From: an uncultured Candidatus Berkelbacteria bacterium
GTDB lineage: Bacteria; Patescibacteriota; UBA1384; CAJBMM01
Assembly (NCBI GenBank): GCA_903954185.1
Contig: CAJBMM010000017.1
Span: 1 to 58,405 of the forward strand
Direction of reading: 5' to 3'
DNA: 58,405 bases
Each line of letters begins with the position of its first letter. Within the stretch, counting starts at the first letter, position 1. This document shows, in pieces, positions 40,614 to 51,813 of the stretch. The notes below the pieces were generated by a model. The model did not search any database. It had not been told where the DNA came from and was given only the letters and a program-made list of their open reading frames with translations. Position numbers and translations under genes: made by a program.

Positions 40614-41723
40614 TTGCGTATAATAGTTTTCTGTACCGCTAATTTATCAGTAGGCAGTGGCAGTGAAGTACGCGCCAGGCTTATTTCTCTCGGATTAAAA
40701 TACCATGGAGCTGATGTCCACGTGGTCTGTGGGGGAGTTCCACCCGAATTTGTTCAAAAAGGAATTGATTTTACCACAATGAAAGATGGTGATTCTTGGT
40801 ATGATACCTTAAATACGGCAACAAAAAAATTTGAACCCAATGTGATTATCGGCGTCACTGAGGCAGGAACTGACGCTGTTTACCAGGTAGCACGAAATTT
40901 TCAAATCAAGTACATTCTCGATCTTCACGGACTTGGCTTTGTTGAAATTCTCGAACTCGGCAAAGGATTTGGTCCACGTTGGCCACGAATTAAGAGATCA
41001 CTAAAATGGCTAAGCCGGGTATTATTTGCCGATGCTGTGACAATTGCAAACCCTACACTCGTCTCGTTCATTAAACCTTTTAATCGCCATACCATCCCAG
41101 TTGTCGGTATGACAGACACTACGTATTTCTCCCCCGAAGGGAAGAAGTTGGCGTTGGGTGAAACTAACCGAACTCAAGTGTTATACGCGGGAAATTTTTA
41201 TAAATGGCAGGGTATAGACATGCTAATTGAAGCAATACCGCTTGTTCTTAAAGAAAACCCTCATTTCGAGTTTACTATTGTTGGATCTGTCGGTGTTAAC
41301 GAAGAAGTTATGAATGCGTGGAAAAGTACGCTCCCGAGTAAATCTGTACATTTCAAACAATCAGTCGATTTTCGAGAAGTAGCAAATTATTATCGTTCCG
41401 CTGATGTGTTAGTTATTCCAAGACCATTTATGTTCAGTACGTACTTGGCTATTCCACAAAAACTCCTAGACTATATGTCTTGTGGCAAAACAATTGTGGC
41501 AACCAATCTCGCCCCTCATCGTTGGGCACTCACTCCAAATGCGGGAGTTCTTTGCAATCCCTCTGCAGAAGGAATTGCAAATGGTTTATTATTGGCTTCG
41601 GATAAGAGCAAACGAGCTAAGTTTGGGATGAATGCACGAAAGATTGCATTGGATAGATTTGATCACATCAAACAGACTAAGAAAATCTTTGATTATTGTG
41701 AGTCAGTAACTGAGAAAGGCTAA
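40614..41723 (+). CDS. GT4 glycosyltransferase
   Basis: YAGNFYKWQGID and PQKLLDYMSCGK motifs. Confidence 0.88.
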   Translation: MRIIVFCTANLSVGSGSEVRARLISLGLKYHGADVHVVCGGVPPEFVQKGIDFTTMKDGDSWYDTLNTATKKFEPNVIIGVTEAGTDAVYQVARNFQIKYILDLHGLGFVEILELGKGFGPRWPRIKRSLKWLSRVLFADAVTIANPTLVSFIKPFNRHTIPVVGMTDTTYFSPEGKKLALGETNRTQVLYAGNFYKWQGIDMLIEAIPLVLKENPHFEFTIVGSVGVNEEVMNAWKSTLPSKSVHFKQSVDFREVANYYRSADVLVIPRPFMFSTYLAIPQKLLDYMSCGKTIVATNLAPHRWALTPNAGVLCNPSAEGIANGLLLASDKSKRAKFGMNARKIALDRFDHIKQTKKIFDYCESVTEKG

Positions 41724-41725
41724 TC

Positions 41726-43654
41726 ATGTGCGGAATATGCGGAGTTATTAGTCAACAATCAGACAATGGATCTTCCGTAACAAGAATGGTGGAAGCGATG
41801 CACCATAGGGGTCCGGATGATAGTGGGGTTTACACCGATAACTATATTTCATTTGGCATGAGCAGGTTGTCTATTTTAGATTTATCACCCGCAGGTCACC
41901 AGCCAATGTTCAATGAGAAAAAAACGATTGGAATTGTTTTTAATGGTGAAATATACAACTTTCAGGAAAAACGTCGCGAACTAATTGCAAAAGGATATCA
42001 TTTTAAATCTGGTACAGATACAGAAGTAATCATAAAACTTTACGAAGAATATGGGGAAGAATTTATTAAGCAACTCCGTGGCATGTTTGCATTTGCAATT
42101 TACGACCGCAGAAAAAGTTCGAGTGGCAAAATTATTATTGCGCGTGATCATTTAGGGATCAAACCGCTATACTACTATTACATTAATGATGTATTCATTT
42201 TTGCTTCAGAAATTAAAGCGCTGCTCTCAAGCAATCTTATTCCAAAGTTAATTAATCCAGAGGCACTAAGGCTACTTATGACTTTTGGGTCCGTACTACA
42301 ACCTCAAACTATGTTAAAAAACGTATTTATGCTTTTGCCTGCTCATTATATGGTGATAGAGAACGGAAAAGTATCTGTTAATAAATATTGGTCCATGGAT
42401 ACAGACCGCATAGCTAATCTTAGAAGTAAGCCTTACCATGATCAGGTTGATTACGTTCGACAAACTATTGAAGAATCTGTGAAGATGCAAATGATTGGCG
42501 ATGTGCCAGTGGGGGCGTTCTTAAGCGGAGGAGTAGACTCCTCACTATTAGTCGCCATCATGGCAAAATCAGCCAAGGCAAAAGTTAAAACATTTTCTAT
42601 CGGGTTCGGAAGAGAAGGATCAGAAATTGATGAGACAGACGACGCAAGAAAGGTTGCGGAGCACCTAGGTACAATTCACAAACGAGTCGTAGTATCAGAG
42701 AAAGAGGTACGAGACAACATTCGGAAAATTGCATCCTCATTGGACCAACCTACAGTTGATGGATTTAATTCCTATTTTGTTTCTAAAGCAGCCAGTGAAG
42801 GAGTGACGGTAGCAATATCTGGCACCGGAGGAGATGAGTTATTTGCGGGCTATCCGTGGTTTATTAACATGGTTAAATACGCACAGAACAGTAGAAACAA
42901 TCGCGAGGAGTTTATATCAAAACTAGCCAGAAATTCTCTTTTTGACAAATTTGTACTTACTCGCTTTGCATCAAAAATTGAGGAAATTAGGAAAATGACC
43001 GGTTATTTACCTCAATTTGCTCGCGAGTATATGATTTTTGGAACCATTCGCGCATCAAATATACTTTCAGATAACATACGGAGAAAGGTTGAACTGGGGA
43101 GAGAGCCATCAATTGACATTAACATTGCTGATGAATTGTCTGATAAAAATGCGGTTGATCGGGCCACAGCGCTATGCTTGAGAGGATATACCCAAAATCA
43201 ACTTTTACGTGATATTGATGTTGCCTCAATGGCGCATTCACTTGAAGTTCGAGTGCCATTCCTTGATCCATACGTTGTTGACGTAGCGCTGTCACTTCCA
43301 ATTGAAGCTAAATTACCGAAAGCTGTTAACGTAGCTGATGCAACTAACGCAACATACCGTAGCACGGGGGCAAAAAGAATTTTAATAGATGCTGGCAGGA
43401 AATGGCTTCCTCCAGATATTGATCTGCAAATTAAGCGCGGATTTAGCATGCCTTTTGATTATTGGCTGAAAGGGTCGTTAAAAGATGTTGTGGAGGATAC
43501 TCTATCAAGCGATGTAGTAAAACGACGCGGATACTTTAATCCTACACAAGTGGCATCTATTTCAAAATTATTTAAAGAAAATAAAATGAGTTGGCCAAGT
43601 ATTTGGCTGTTAGTCATTACCGAACTTTGGGCTAGAGAGGTGTTGGATGATTAA
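41726..43654 (+). CDS. asnB: Asparagine synthase-like glutamine amidotransferase (probable glycan amidotransferase)
   Basis: MCGICG, HRGPD, FNGEIYN, FLSGGVDS, GGDELFAGY and SLEVRVPFLD motifs; inside the glycan locus. Confidence 0.92.
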   Translation: MCGICGVISQQSDNGSSVTRMVEAMHHRGPDDSGVYTDNYISFGMSRLSILDLSPAGHQPMFNEKKTIGIVFNGEIYNFQEKRRELIAKGYHFKSGTDTEVIIKLYEEYGEEFIKQLRGMFAFAIYDRRKSSSGKIIIARDHLGIKPLYYYYINDVFIFASEIKALLSSNLIPKLINPEALRLLMTFGSVLQPQTMLKNVFMLLPAHYMVIENGKVSVNKYWSMDTDRIANLRSKPYHDQVDYVRQTIEESVKMQMIGDVPVGAFLSGGVDSSLLVAIMAKSAKAKVKTFSIGFGREGSEIDETDDARKVAEHLGTIHKRVVVSEKEVRDNIRKIASSLDQPTVDGFNSYFVSKAASEGVTVAISGTGGDELFAGYPWFINMVKYAQNSRNNREEFISKLARNSLFDKFVLTRFASKIEEIRKMTGYLPQFAREYMIFGTIRASNILSDNIRRKVELGREPSIDINIADELSDKNAVDRATALCLRGYTQNQLLRDIDVASMAHSLEVRVPFLDPYVVDVALSLPIEAKLPKAVNVADATNATYRSTGAKRILIDAGRKWLPPDIDLQIKRGFSMPFDYWLKGSLKDVVEDTLSSDVVKRRGYFNPTQVASISKLFKENKMSWPSIWLLVITELWAREVLDD

Positions 43655-44822
43655 GAATAGAGTGAATGTTCTATTTATTTGTTGGGGTTTCTCAATACAT
43701 GCCAAAAGAAGAATACGAATATTCTGCGACGATCCGAGATTTAAGGTAAGTGTAGCCTCCACGTTTGATTATCAATTTTCACCAGCCAATAATGTAAAAT
43801 TACCTAGCGACTGTAATGTGCGCGAACTGCCAGGTTATTGGAATATATTCAAAACATGGTGGATTGCATTTAAAGCATTGGTAATTTTATTTACGACGGT
43901 AGCCCGCATTAAGCCAGAGGTGATATTCTTGCACACCCTTATGTTTCCGTGCTACCTAGCATACTTTTTACCAAAACGTATACCGATAATTATCACCTTC
44001 TGGAACGGTGACGTAATATGGTGGGCAAAATGGAATGGCATAGAACGCGCCTTGAAAAAAAAGATCGTAATTACCGGGGTAAGAAGAGCAAACGCCATTA
44101 CGGTTAACTCCCAAATGGCTTTAGATAAGTGTATTGAATATGGGGCACCAAAAGAGCGAATTAGCCTGATTCGCTATCCTGGAGTAAATATGGCATTGTT
44201 TAAGCCCAAAGTTAAAGCTGCTTCGAGAAAGATTTTGAATACTCAATACGAAAACATACTATTATGGCCACGCGGTCTTGGGGGTTATTTAAACAGCGAC
44301 ATTTTACTTGACGCGGCGCCAATAATCATCAAGGAGTTTCCAAAAACCCAATTTATTATTTTATCCAAGGTTGGTGAAAGTACAATTAGGGAGTTTTCAG
44401 ACGAATTAAAAAAACGTGATATCTATAATAATTTTCGATTTGACTCACAAGTAGATCATAGACTTATGCCGGATTATTATAATGCAGCAGATGCCATGAT
44501 CACAATATCGAGCAATGATTCGTTACCAAACGTTATGCTAGAATCTCTCAGTTGCGGAACACCAGTAATTGCTGGAGATATTGAACAACTTCGTGAATGG
44601 ATCGTCAACAAACACACTGGATTTTTAGTACCACCACGCGATCATAAGATATTAGCTGAAACAATTTTGTTTATTATCAATAATAAAAATAGTAAATTGG
44701 TAAATGCCGTTATAAAAAATGGGCTGATAAGAGCGCGAAAAGATGCGGATAGTAGGAAAAATATTCCCGCAATCAAGCAACTAGTAATTGATACCGCCAC
44801 AAGCGCCAATAAATTAAACTGA
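43647..44822 (+). CDS. GT4 glycosyltransferase
   Basis: DSLPNVMLESLSCGTPVI and TGFLVPPRD motifs. Confidence 0.88.
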   Translation: MIKNRVNVLFICWGFSIHAKRRIRIFCDDPRFKVSVASTFDYQFSPANNVKLPSDCNVRELPGYWNIFKTWWIAFKALVILFTTVARIKPEVIFLHTLMFPCYLAYFLPKRIPIIITFWNGDVIWWAKWNGIERALKKKIVITGVRRANAITVNSQMALDKCIEYGAPKERISLIRYPGVNMALFKPKVKAASRKILNTQYENILLWPRGLGGYLNSDILLDAAPIIIKEFPKTQFIILSKVGESTIREFSDELKKRDIYNNFRFDSQVDHRLMPDYYNAADAMITISSNDSLPNVMLESLSCGTPVIAGDIEQLREWIVNKHTGFLVPPRDHKILAETILFIINNKNSKLVNAVIKNGLIRARKDADSRKNIPAIKQLVIDTATSANKLN

Positions 44823-44912
44823 CGAAATTATGCGTAGATGCTATAATTACCATCAAAAACTATTTAAGTTGCCGCAAAATATGATATATTGGTAACGAAA
44901 TAAGGAGAGTTT

Positions 44913-45842
44913 ATGCAGACAGTCGTTACCGGGGGGGCTGGTTTTATCGGGTCTTATTTAGTCCGCGAGCTAGTAAAGCGCGGATTTTCAGTGAAGGTAA
45001 TTGATAATTTATCTACAGGTAAAAAAAAGAATATCGAAGATATCTTGGGTGATATTGAATTTATCGAGGGGGATATTAGAGATATAAATACCCTTAATAA
45101 ACACTTTGAAAAAACAGAAGTAGTATTTCACCAGGCAGCGCTTCCCTCTGTGCCCCGGTCAATAAATAACCCAATCGCATCTAATGACCATAACGTTAAT
45201 GGCACACTTAATGTATTGGTAGCCGCAAGAGATAAGGGAGTAAAACGGGTTATTTATGCCTCATCAAGCTCTGCTTACGGTAATACTGATGTAGAATATA
45301 AGACCGAAACCCTCCCCTCAAATCCTCTCTCCCCATACGCATTAACTAAGTTCACTGGTGAAGTGTACTGCAAACTATTTACAAAATTATACGGTTTAGA
45401 AACAGTATCACTTCGATATTTTAATGTTTTTGGCCCTCGTCAAGACCCGAATAATCAATACGCAGCCGCCATCCCATTATTTATCAATTTAATGTTGAAA
45501 GGTGAGAGTCCAACAGTTTTCGGTAACGGAGAGCAAAGTCGCGATTTTACCTATGTTAAAAATAACGTAGAGGCAAATATTGCTGCTGCCTTATCCAATA
45601 AAGGGGCTGGCGAAACAATAAACATTGCTTGCGGAGAATCAATAACACTGGATAAACTCATTTCTGAGATTAATGCGAATTTAAAAACAAATATCAAACC
45701 AATTTATAAAGAACCGCGCGTTGGCGATGTTAAACACTCCAAAGCCGATATAAAGAAGGCCGAGTCCATGCTTGGGTACAAGCCTTCCGTTTATTTTGCG
45801 GACGGATTAAGGGAGACAATAGAATGGTACAAGAATCAATGA
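44913..45842 (+). CDS. UDP-HexNAc(A) 4-epimerase (WbpP/TviC-like)
   Basis: GGAGFIGS, HQAALPSVPRS, YALTK and LRYFNVFGPRQDP motifs. Confidence 0.88.
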   Translation: MQTVVTGGAGFIGSYLVRELVKRGFSVKVIDNLSTGKKKNIEDILGDIEFIEGDIRDINTLNKHFEKTEVVFHQAALPSVPRSINNPIASNDHNVNGTLNVLVAARDKGVKRVIYASSSSAYGNTDVEYKTETLPSNPLSPYALTKFTGEVYCKLFTKLYGLETVSLRYFNVFGPRQDPNNQYAAAIPLFINLMLKGESPTVFGNGEQSRDFTYVKNNVEANIAAALSNKGAGETINIACGESITLDKLISEINANLKTNIKPIYKEPRVGDVKHSKADIKKAESMLGYKPSVYFADGLRETIEWYKNQ

Positions 45843-47131
45843 ACAATACAGACAACAAAACGATAATTGCCGTTGTAGGTTTGGGTTATGTTGGTATGCC
45901 ACTTGCCCTTGCTTTTGATCAGGCGGGGTTAGAAACGATTGGGTTTGATGTAAATGAAAAGCGCGTAAAAGAATTGCAGTCACATAAGGATCACACGGGG
46001 GAAACGGATTTGGCCGAGTTAGAAAAATCTAAAATAAATTTTTCATCTGATCCTAAGGTATTAAAACGATCTAACTTTGTTATTGTCGCCGTTCCAACCC
46101 CTATAGATAACGCTAATCAGCCAGACTTAGCCATGCTTAGAAGTGCTAGCGCATTAGTTGGCAAAAATCTTCAAAAGGGTGCCGTGGTAGTATTCGAATC
46201 TACCGTTTACCCTGGCGCAACCGAAGAAGTCTGCGGACCAGTCATCGAAGAAGAATCTGGTTATAAAATAGGTAAAGATTTCAAAATCGGCTACTCGCCA
46301 GAGAGAATCAACCCCGGTGACAAGGAACACTCGTTGTTCAGTATAGTTAAAGTGGTTTCGGGCATGGATAAACAAAGCACTGAATACATTACCTCCATAT
46401 ACAAAAAGGTCTGTCATGCTGGCGTATACGTTGCAACAAATATTAAAACCGCTGAGGCAGCAAAAGTGATTGAGAATACGCAGCGAGATCTAAATATTGC
46501 ATTAATTAATGAGTTATCTCTAATCTTTAATCGACTTGGAATAAAAACCAATGAGGTGCTAGAGGCAGCTAAAACTAAGTGGAATTTCTTACCATTTACG
46601 CCAGGCTTAGTCGGTGGGCACTGTATTGGCGTAGACCCATATTACCTTGTATATAAATCCGAGGTAGTTGGATACCATCCTCAATTAATTACCGCTGGGC
46701 GTCGAGTTAATGATTATATGCCTCAATACCTTGCCGACATTACGCTTAAAGAATTGATAAGAACTGGCAAACCAATAAAAAACATGTCACTACTAATCTT
46801 GGGGTTAACCTTTAAAGAAGACGTACCAGATATCCGAAATTCCAAAATCAAGGATACTATCATGAAATTGCAGCAGTTCGGAATAAATATCGATGGTTAT
46901 GATCCTTATGTATCGCAACATGATATCGAGCATGAATTCGCGATAAGCGGAATAACCAAGATCAGCAAACAATATGATGCTGCAATTTTAGCCACTCCTC
47001 ATAAGATATTCGATGATCAAAAGAATATTATTCTTACTTCCTTAAAAAAACCACGAATTATAATTGATGTGAAAAGCAAGTGGAGTGATCTTGCTTCAAA
47101 ACCAATCGATATTACCTATTTTTCATTATAA
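45839..47131 (+). CDS. UDP-HexNAc 6-dehydrogenase (WbpO/TviB-like)
   Basis: GLGYVG, ESTVYPG, YSPERINPGD and GLVGGHCIGVDPYY motifs; ATGA overlap with the upstream gene. Confidence 0.9.
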   Translation: MNNTDNKTIIAVVGLGYVGMPLALAFDQAGLETIGFDVNEKRVKELQSHKDHTGETDLAELEKSKINFSSDPKVLKRSNFVIVAVPTPIDNANQPDLAMLRSASALVGKNLQKGAVVVFESTVYPGATEEVCGPVIEEESGYKIGKDFKIGYSPERINPGDKEHSLFSIVKVVSGMDKQSTEYITSIYKKVCHAGVYVATNIKTAEAAKVIENTQRDLNIALINELSLIFNRLGIKTNEVLEAAKTKWNFLPFTPGLVGGHCIGVDPYYLVYKSEVVGYHPQLITAGRRVNDYMPQYLADITLKELIRTGKPIKNMSLLILGLTFKEDVPDIRNSKIKDTIMKLQQFGINIDGYDPYVSQHDIEHEFAISGITKISKQYDAAILATPHKIFDDQKNIILTSLKKPRIIIDVKSKWSDLASKPIDITYFSL

Positions 47132-47134
47132 ATT

Positions 47135-48364
47135 ATGACTAATTACAGTAACAAATTTGCAATATTATCACATATTTTGCCACCATCGTCATCGGGGCAG
47201 GCAATTATGCTCTATCGCCTCCTCAAAGAAAGATCTAAGAATGATTACATCTTAATATCACGGCAAAATTATAACAACTCCGATATTGATAACACCGGTT
47301 CAGAAACACTACCTGCCAAATATTATTTTTTATGCTCAGACGCCAAACCAATGCGTGTTTACTCCTACCCGGTAATACAGCACATTCTAAACATTGCCCT
47401 AAGCGTCATCCCTCGAGTGAAAGCAAGAGCCAATTGCATTGCGGATATTCTGAGGAAAGAGCGCCCTTACTGCCTTCTCGCCTGTACCGCCGATTTACTT
47501 GATATGCCTGCTGGGTATATTGCCTGTAAAAAAGCTGGGATACCGTTCGTCCCATATATATTCGACGATTATGTATATCAGTGGACAGGATCAAGCCGTT
47601 TATTCGCCCGCGTAGTAGCTTGGTTTGTTATGCCAAGGAGTTTTCGTATTATTGGTCCAAATACATATATTGCTAAAGAATTTAAACGGCGATACGGAAA
47701 AGATATGGATATTATCCATAACCCATGCGATATGCCAAAACTCCCTATAGATGTTATAAAAAATAGTATTAAGTTAGATAGTCGAGAAATTAATATTGTC
47801 TATACTGGAGCCGTATATAGAGCCAATAACGATAGTTTTATCAATCTGTTGAAAGCTATCGACTTAATAGATAATAAAAACATTAAATTACACATTTTTA
47901 CTGGACAATCAAAAGATGAGCTCCAGAAAATGGGCATTTCTCATAATTGTTTAGAAGTTTATGGACATGTCAACCAATCTGAAATAGCTTGGGTATTGCA
48001 ACAAGCGACAATACTATTTTTACCTTTGGCTTTCAAATCACCGGTTCAAGAAGTTATCACCACCTCAGCACCCAGTAAAATGGGTGAATATATGTCCATG
48101 GCAAAACCGATTTTTGTTAATGCTCCAAGTAATTCATTCATTTCTTGGTATTTTAAACATCACAAAGCAGCGATGGTTGTAGACGAAAACAACCCCCAAA
48201 TTATTGCGAATAAATTAAGAGAGCTAATTTCCAACCCAGGCCTTCAAAAAAAGTTAGGACAGAAAGCCAGGTCAATTGCCGAATCTGATTTTGACTTAAA
48301 AATCATTCGAAACAAATTTGACCAACTTTTAAATAGTTACCAAGCCATCATCACAAAACACTAA
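47135..48364 (+). CDS. GT4-like glycosyltransferase
   Basis: IVYTG, LFLPL and PSKMGEYM motifs. Confidence 0.82.
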   Translation: MTNYSNKFAILSHILPPSSSGQAIMLYRLLKERSKNDYILISRQNYNNSDIDNTGSETLPAKYYFLCSDAKPMRVYSYPVIQHILNIALSVIPRVKARANCIADILRKERPYCLLACTADLLDMPAGYIACKKAGIPFVPYIFDDYVYQWTGSSRLFARVVAWFVMPRSFRIIGPNTYIAKEFKRRYGKDMDIIHNPCDMPKLPIDVIKNSIKLDSREINIVYTGAVYRANNDSFINLLKAIDLIDNKNIKLHIFTGQSKDELQKMGISHNCLEVYGHVNQSEIAWVLQQATILFLPLAFKSPVQEVITTSAPSKMGEYMSMAKPIFVNAPSNSFISWYFKHHKAAMVVDENNPQIIANKLRELISNPGLQKKLGQKARSIAESDFDLKIIRNKFDQLLNSYQAIITKH

Positions 48365-48386
48365 TAAATATTATACTGTTCAAACT

Positions 48387-49670
48387 ATGCAAAATAATTT
48401 ATATACAAAAAAAACCCTAATAGTAACCAGCTGGGCACCGCCAATGATAGGCGGCCCACAAAACCTATATAGTTTGTTCTCTTTAATGGATTACCGAAAT
48501 TACTGCGTTTTAACAGGCTATAAAACAATTATTAACGATGGAGAAAACCAAGGAGACTGGCTGGATGGCAAGTACTTCTTTTTTGATCACCCCGATATGC
48601 CCACCAAGAACAAAACGATAGATAAGGTCGGCACAATATCCCCAACAAATTTTATTACTGATTATGCCTATAAATTGTACAATATAACTCAAGCAATTCC
48701 AGTTTTAAATACTCTTTTATACTTTTTATTTTTTATTTTTAAAACTACCTCATTTATTAAAAAGGGGCTTGAAGTCGTTCGAAATGAAGAGATAGATATC
48801 ATCTTTGGGATGTCTGATAATGGGCCTTCAATGATTGCTTCTTATTGGATCTCAAAAATCTCTAAAAGGCCGTTGGTTTATTATCTTTTTGATATTTACA
48901 AAGGAAATAATTTACAGTTTATTGATAAAATAATGTCATACTTTTGGGAACATACTCTTATTAAAAGTGCTAAGTTAGTAATTGTAACGAATGATGGAAC
49001 GAAAGATTTTTATCAGAATCGTTATAAAAATACGCTAAATATTCACGTGATAAATAACTCTGGTGACAGCGGGGTGGACAAAATAGTTACCAAAATATAC
49101 AAACCAATACCCCCATATAAAATAATATATACTGGCCATGTCTATTGGGCACAAGAACAATCTTTAATCAATCTGATAAATGCGGTTAAGCAAATTAATG
49201 ATTTACAAATTACGCTAGAATTATATATCCCCAATGGCAATAAAAATATTGCTGACTGCGTCAAAGCAAGAGATAATATTATTCTTACTCAAGCTCCAAA
49301 GAGAAAAATGCCATCAATTCAAAAACAAGCCACTCTACTTTTTTTGCCACTCTCATGGAATACACGCTCGACCGACATAATCAAGACCGCAACCCCAGGA
49401 AAGTATACAGAGTATTTAAAGTCGGGAAGACCGATGCTAGTTCACGCTCCAACCTATGCGTACATTTCTCAATATGTTAAAAAAAATAAACTTGGTATAG
49501 TAGTAGATAAGAATGACCCGACGTTTCTAGCTAAGGTTATTAGGAATTTTATTAAGGACCCCCAAAAAGGAAGTGAGCTGATTTCTAAAGCAATGAAGGA
49601 ATTTGAACGCAACCATGATCCGAAAATCAATATTAAAAAGCTTGAACACATATTACAATTAATAAAATAA
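48387..49670 (+). CDS. GT4-like glycosyltransferase (paralog of the preceding gene)
   Basis: IIYTG, LFLPL and PGKYTEYL motifs. Confidence 0.82.
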   Translation: MQNNLYTKKTLIVTSWAPPMIGGPQNLYSLFSLMDYRNYCVLTGYKTIINDGENQGDWLDGKYFFFDHPDMPTKNKTIDKVGTISPTNFITDYAYKLYNITQAIPVLNTLLYFLFFIFKTTSFIKKGLEVVRNEEIDIIFGMSDNGPSMIASYWISKISKRPLVYYLFDIYKGNNLQFIDKIMSYFWEHTLIKSAKLVIVTNDGTKDFYQNRYKNTLNIHVINNSGDSGVDKIVTKIYKPIPPYKIIYTGHVYWAQEQSLINLINAVKQINDLQITLELYIPNGNKNIADCVKARDNIILTQAPKRKMPSIQKQATLLFLPLSWNTRSTDIIKTATPGKYTEYLKSGRPMLVHAPTYAYISQYVKKNKLGIVVDKNDPTFLAKVIRNFIKDPQKGSELISKAMKEFERNHDPKINIKKLEHILQLIK

Positions 49671-49713
49671 TTCATTCTTCAGGCCGAAAAGCAAAAACCA
49701 AAATTGGAAAAAC

Positions 49714-50898
49714 ATGAAAATACTTGTTATCGCTATGTCTAATAGTATTCATACCGCCAGATGGTTATCTCAAATAGTTGATCAAGGTTGGGATATTCAC
49801 CTTTTCCCAAGCTACGATGTCGGATCAGTACGTCCCGAGCTAACGAACGTGACAGTGTATCACAGTTTTATAGGCCGCCTCACTCACGCCCATCCTAGCG
49901 TTAAACAAAAAGGGATATATGTTTGGTCGGAATTTGTAGCTTTATTTTTTCGGGAAATAACACGCAGAATTTATCCTCATTATCGAGTTATTAAACTAGC
50001 AAGACTAATTAAAAAACTAAAACCTGACATTGTTCATACATTAGAAATGCAAGGTGCCGGATACTTAACCATGGAAGCAAAGAAGTTGTTAAAAGGTAAC
50101 TTACCACCATGGATTGTTACAACATGGGGCAGCGATATTTATTACTTCGGTCAATTTAAAGACCATGCAAAAAAGATAAGGTCACTATTAAAACAGTGTG
50201 ATTATTATCACTGTGAATGCGAGCGGGATATTAAGTTGGCTCACAAGTTTGGTTTAAAAGGGATATCATTGCCGGTCCTACCCGATAGTGGTGGATTTTA
50301 CTTAGACAAATTGGCTAAAGTACAACAAAACATCAAACCATCCAACAGGAAATACATAATCGTTAAAGGATATCACGGTTGGGCAGGAAGGGCACTGGTG
50401 GCACTAAAAGCACTAGAACTTTGCGTCGAAGAGTTAAGGAACTTCCATATATTTATATATTCATCTGACATTGTCGTGCGCATTGCCGCCAACAAATTTA
50501 AATCACAATATAAAATACCCATTACTATTATTCCCGCGGGCACCGAGCATGATAAGATGTTAAAGTTTTTTGGCCAATCAAGGATAGCTATCGGACTAAG
50601 CATTAGCGATGGAATAAGTACGATGGTTCTAGAAGCAATGGCTATGGGAACATTTCCTATACAATCAAATACGTCTTGTGCTAATGAATGGATAAAAGAC
50701 GGTCAAACTGGTATATTAGTACCGCCAGAGGACATAAAGAAAATTAGTAAGGCGATCAAACATGCCCTATCTGACGATCCGCTGGTAGATAATGCCGCAA
50801 TACTTAATGCAAAAGTTGTTAAAAGCAGGCTTGATCAGAACAAACTAAGTAAAGAAGTAGTAGCAATCTATGATAAAATTTATAAGGAAAGTAAATAA
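49714..50898 (+). CDS. GT4 glycosyltransferase
   Basis: SIHTARW, WGSD and SDGISTMVLEAMAMG motifs. Confidence 0.87.
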   Translation: MKILVIAMSNSIHTARWLSQIVDQGWDIHLFPSYDVGSVRPELTNVTVYHSFIGRLTHAHPSVKQKGIYVWSEFVALFFREITRRIYPHYRVIKLARLIKKLKPDIVHTLEMQGAGYLTMEAKKLLKGNLPPWIVTTWGSDIYYFGQFKDHAKKIRSLLKQCDYYHCECERDIKLAHKFGLKGISLPVLPDSGGFYLDKLAKVQQNIKPSNRKYIIVKGYHGWAGRALVALKALELCVEELRNFHIFIYSSDIVVRIAANKFKSQYKIPITIIPAGTEHDKMLKFFGQSRIAIGLSISDGISTMVLEAMAMGTFPIQSNTSCANEWIKDGQTGILVPPEDIKKISKAIKHALSDDPLVDNAAILNAKVVKSRLDQNKLSKEVVAIYDKIYKESK

Positions 50899-50899
50899 A

Positions 50900-51796
50900 A
50901 TGAGAAAAAAAAACGTTTTAATTATTGGAGCAACTGGGCTAATTGGTCACAAACTACTAGATTATTTTGGCAATTCAAACAAATACCAAGTTAGGGGCAC
51001 AACTCGCCAATACGACCCAGCGAAAACTTTTTTACCAGATAATTTGCAAAGACTACTGATTAACAATATTGATATTAATAATTTTGACTCGATAATATAT
51101 GCTTTTGCAGAAGCGAAACCCGATATTGTACTTAACTGCGCTGGTATTACTAAACAACTAATTGATAGTAACGGTCCAATGCAGGCAATAGCGGTCAATT
51201 CTCTTTTTCCCCATAAGTTGGCTTCATTAGCAACAATTAATAATGCTCGCGTAATACACTTTACGACAGATTGCGTTTTTAACGGAGATAGAGGAAACTA
51301 CACAGAGCAAAACCCATCGGACGCAGAGGATATGTACGGTAAGTCCAAGAATCTTGGTGAGTTATGCTATCCTAACTGCCTAACCCTTCGTACTTCATTT
51401 ATTGGCCACGAATTAGGCACCAGTCACGGACTAATTGAATGGTTCATGGCCCAAAAAGAATCAGCAAAAGGATACTCTAAGGCTATATATTCCGGTGTAC
51501 CAACCATTGAACTTGCACATATTTTAGATAAATATGTTATCGAGAACGATAAACTAAGCGGATTATACCATCTTTCAGCCCTGCCGATTTCAAAACTAGA
51601 CCTAATTACCCTTGTTGCTAAAGAATATGACAAGAAGATAAATATCATAGCAGACGATAAGGTAATAATTGACCGATCATTAAATTCAGATCGATTTCAA
51701 CAAATGACTGGCTATACGCCGAAATCTTGGAGCGAGCTGGTTAATGCAATGTTTGAAGATTATCAAAGATGCAATTATTATGGTAAATATAATTAA
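50900..51796 (+). CDS. RmlD-like NDP-4-keto-6-deoxysugar reductase (QnlA/WbvR-like)
   Basis: GATGLIG, TDCVF, YGKSK and LRTSFIG motifs; next to the 2-epimerase and FnlA genes. Confidence 0.82.
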   Translation: MRKKNVLIIGATGLIGHKLLDYFGNSNKYQVRGTTRQYDPAKTFLPDNLQRLLINNIDINNFDSIIYAFAEAKPDIVLNCAGITKQLIDSNGPMQAIAVNSLFPHKLASLATINNARVIHFTTDCVFNGDRGNYTEQNPSDAEDMYGKSKNLGELCYPNCLTLRTSFIGHELGTSHGLIEWFMAQKESAKGYSKAIYSGVPTIELAHILDKYVIENDKLSGLYHLSALPISKLDLITLVAKEYDKKINIIADDKVIIDRSLNSDRFQQMTGYTPKSWSELVNAMFEDYQRCNYYGKYN

Positions 51797-51813
51797 TCAA
51801 CAAAGGATCAATT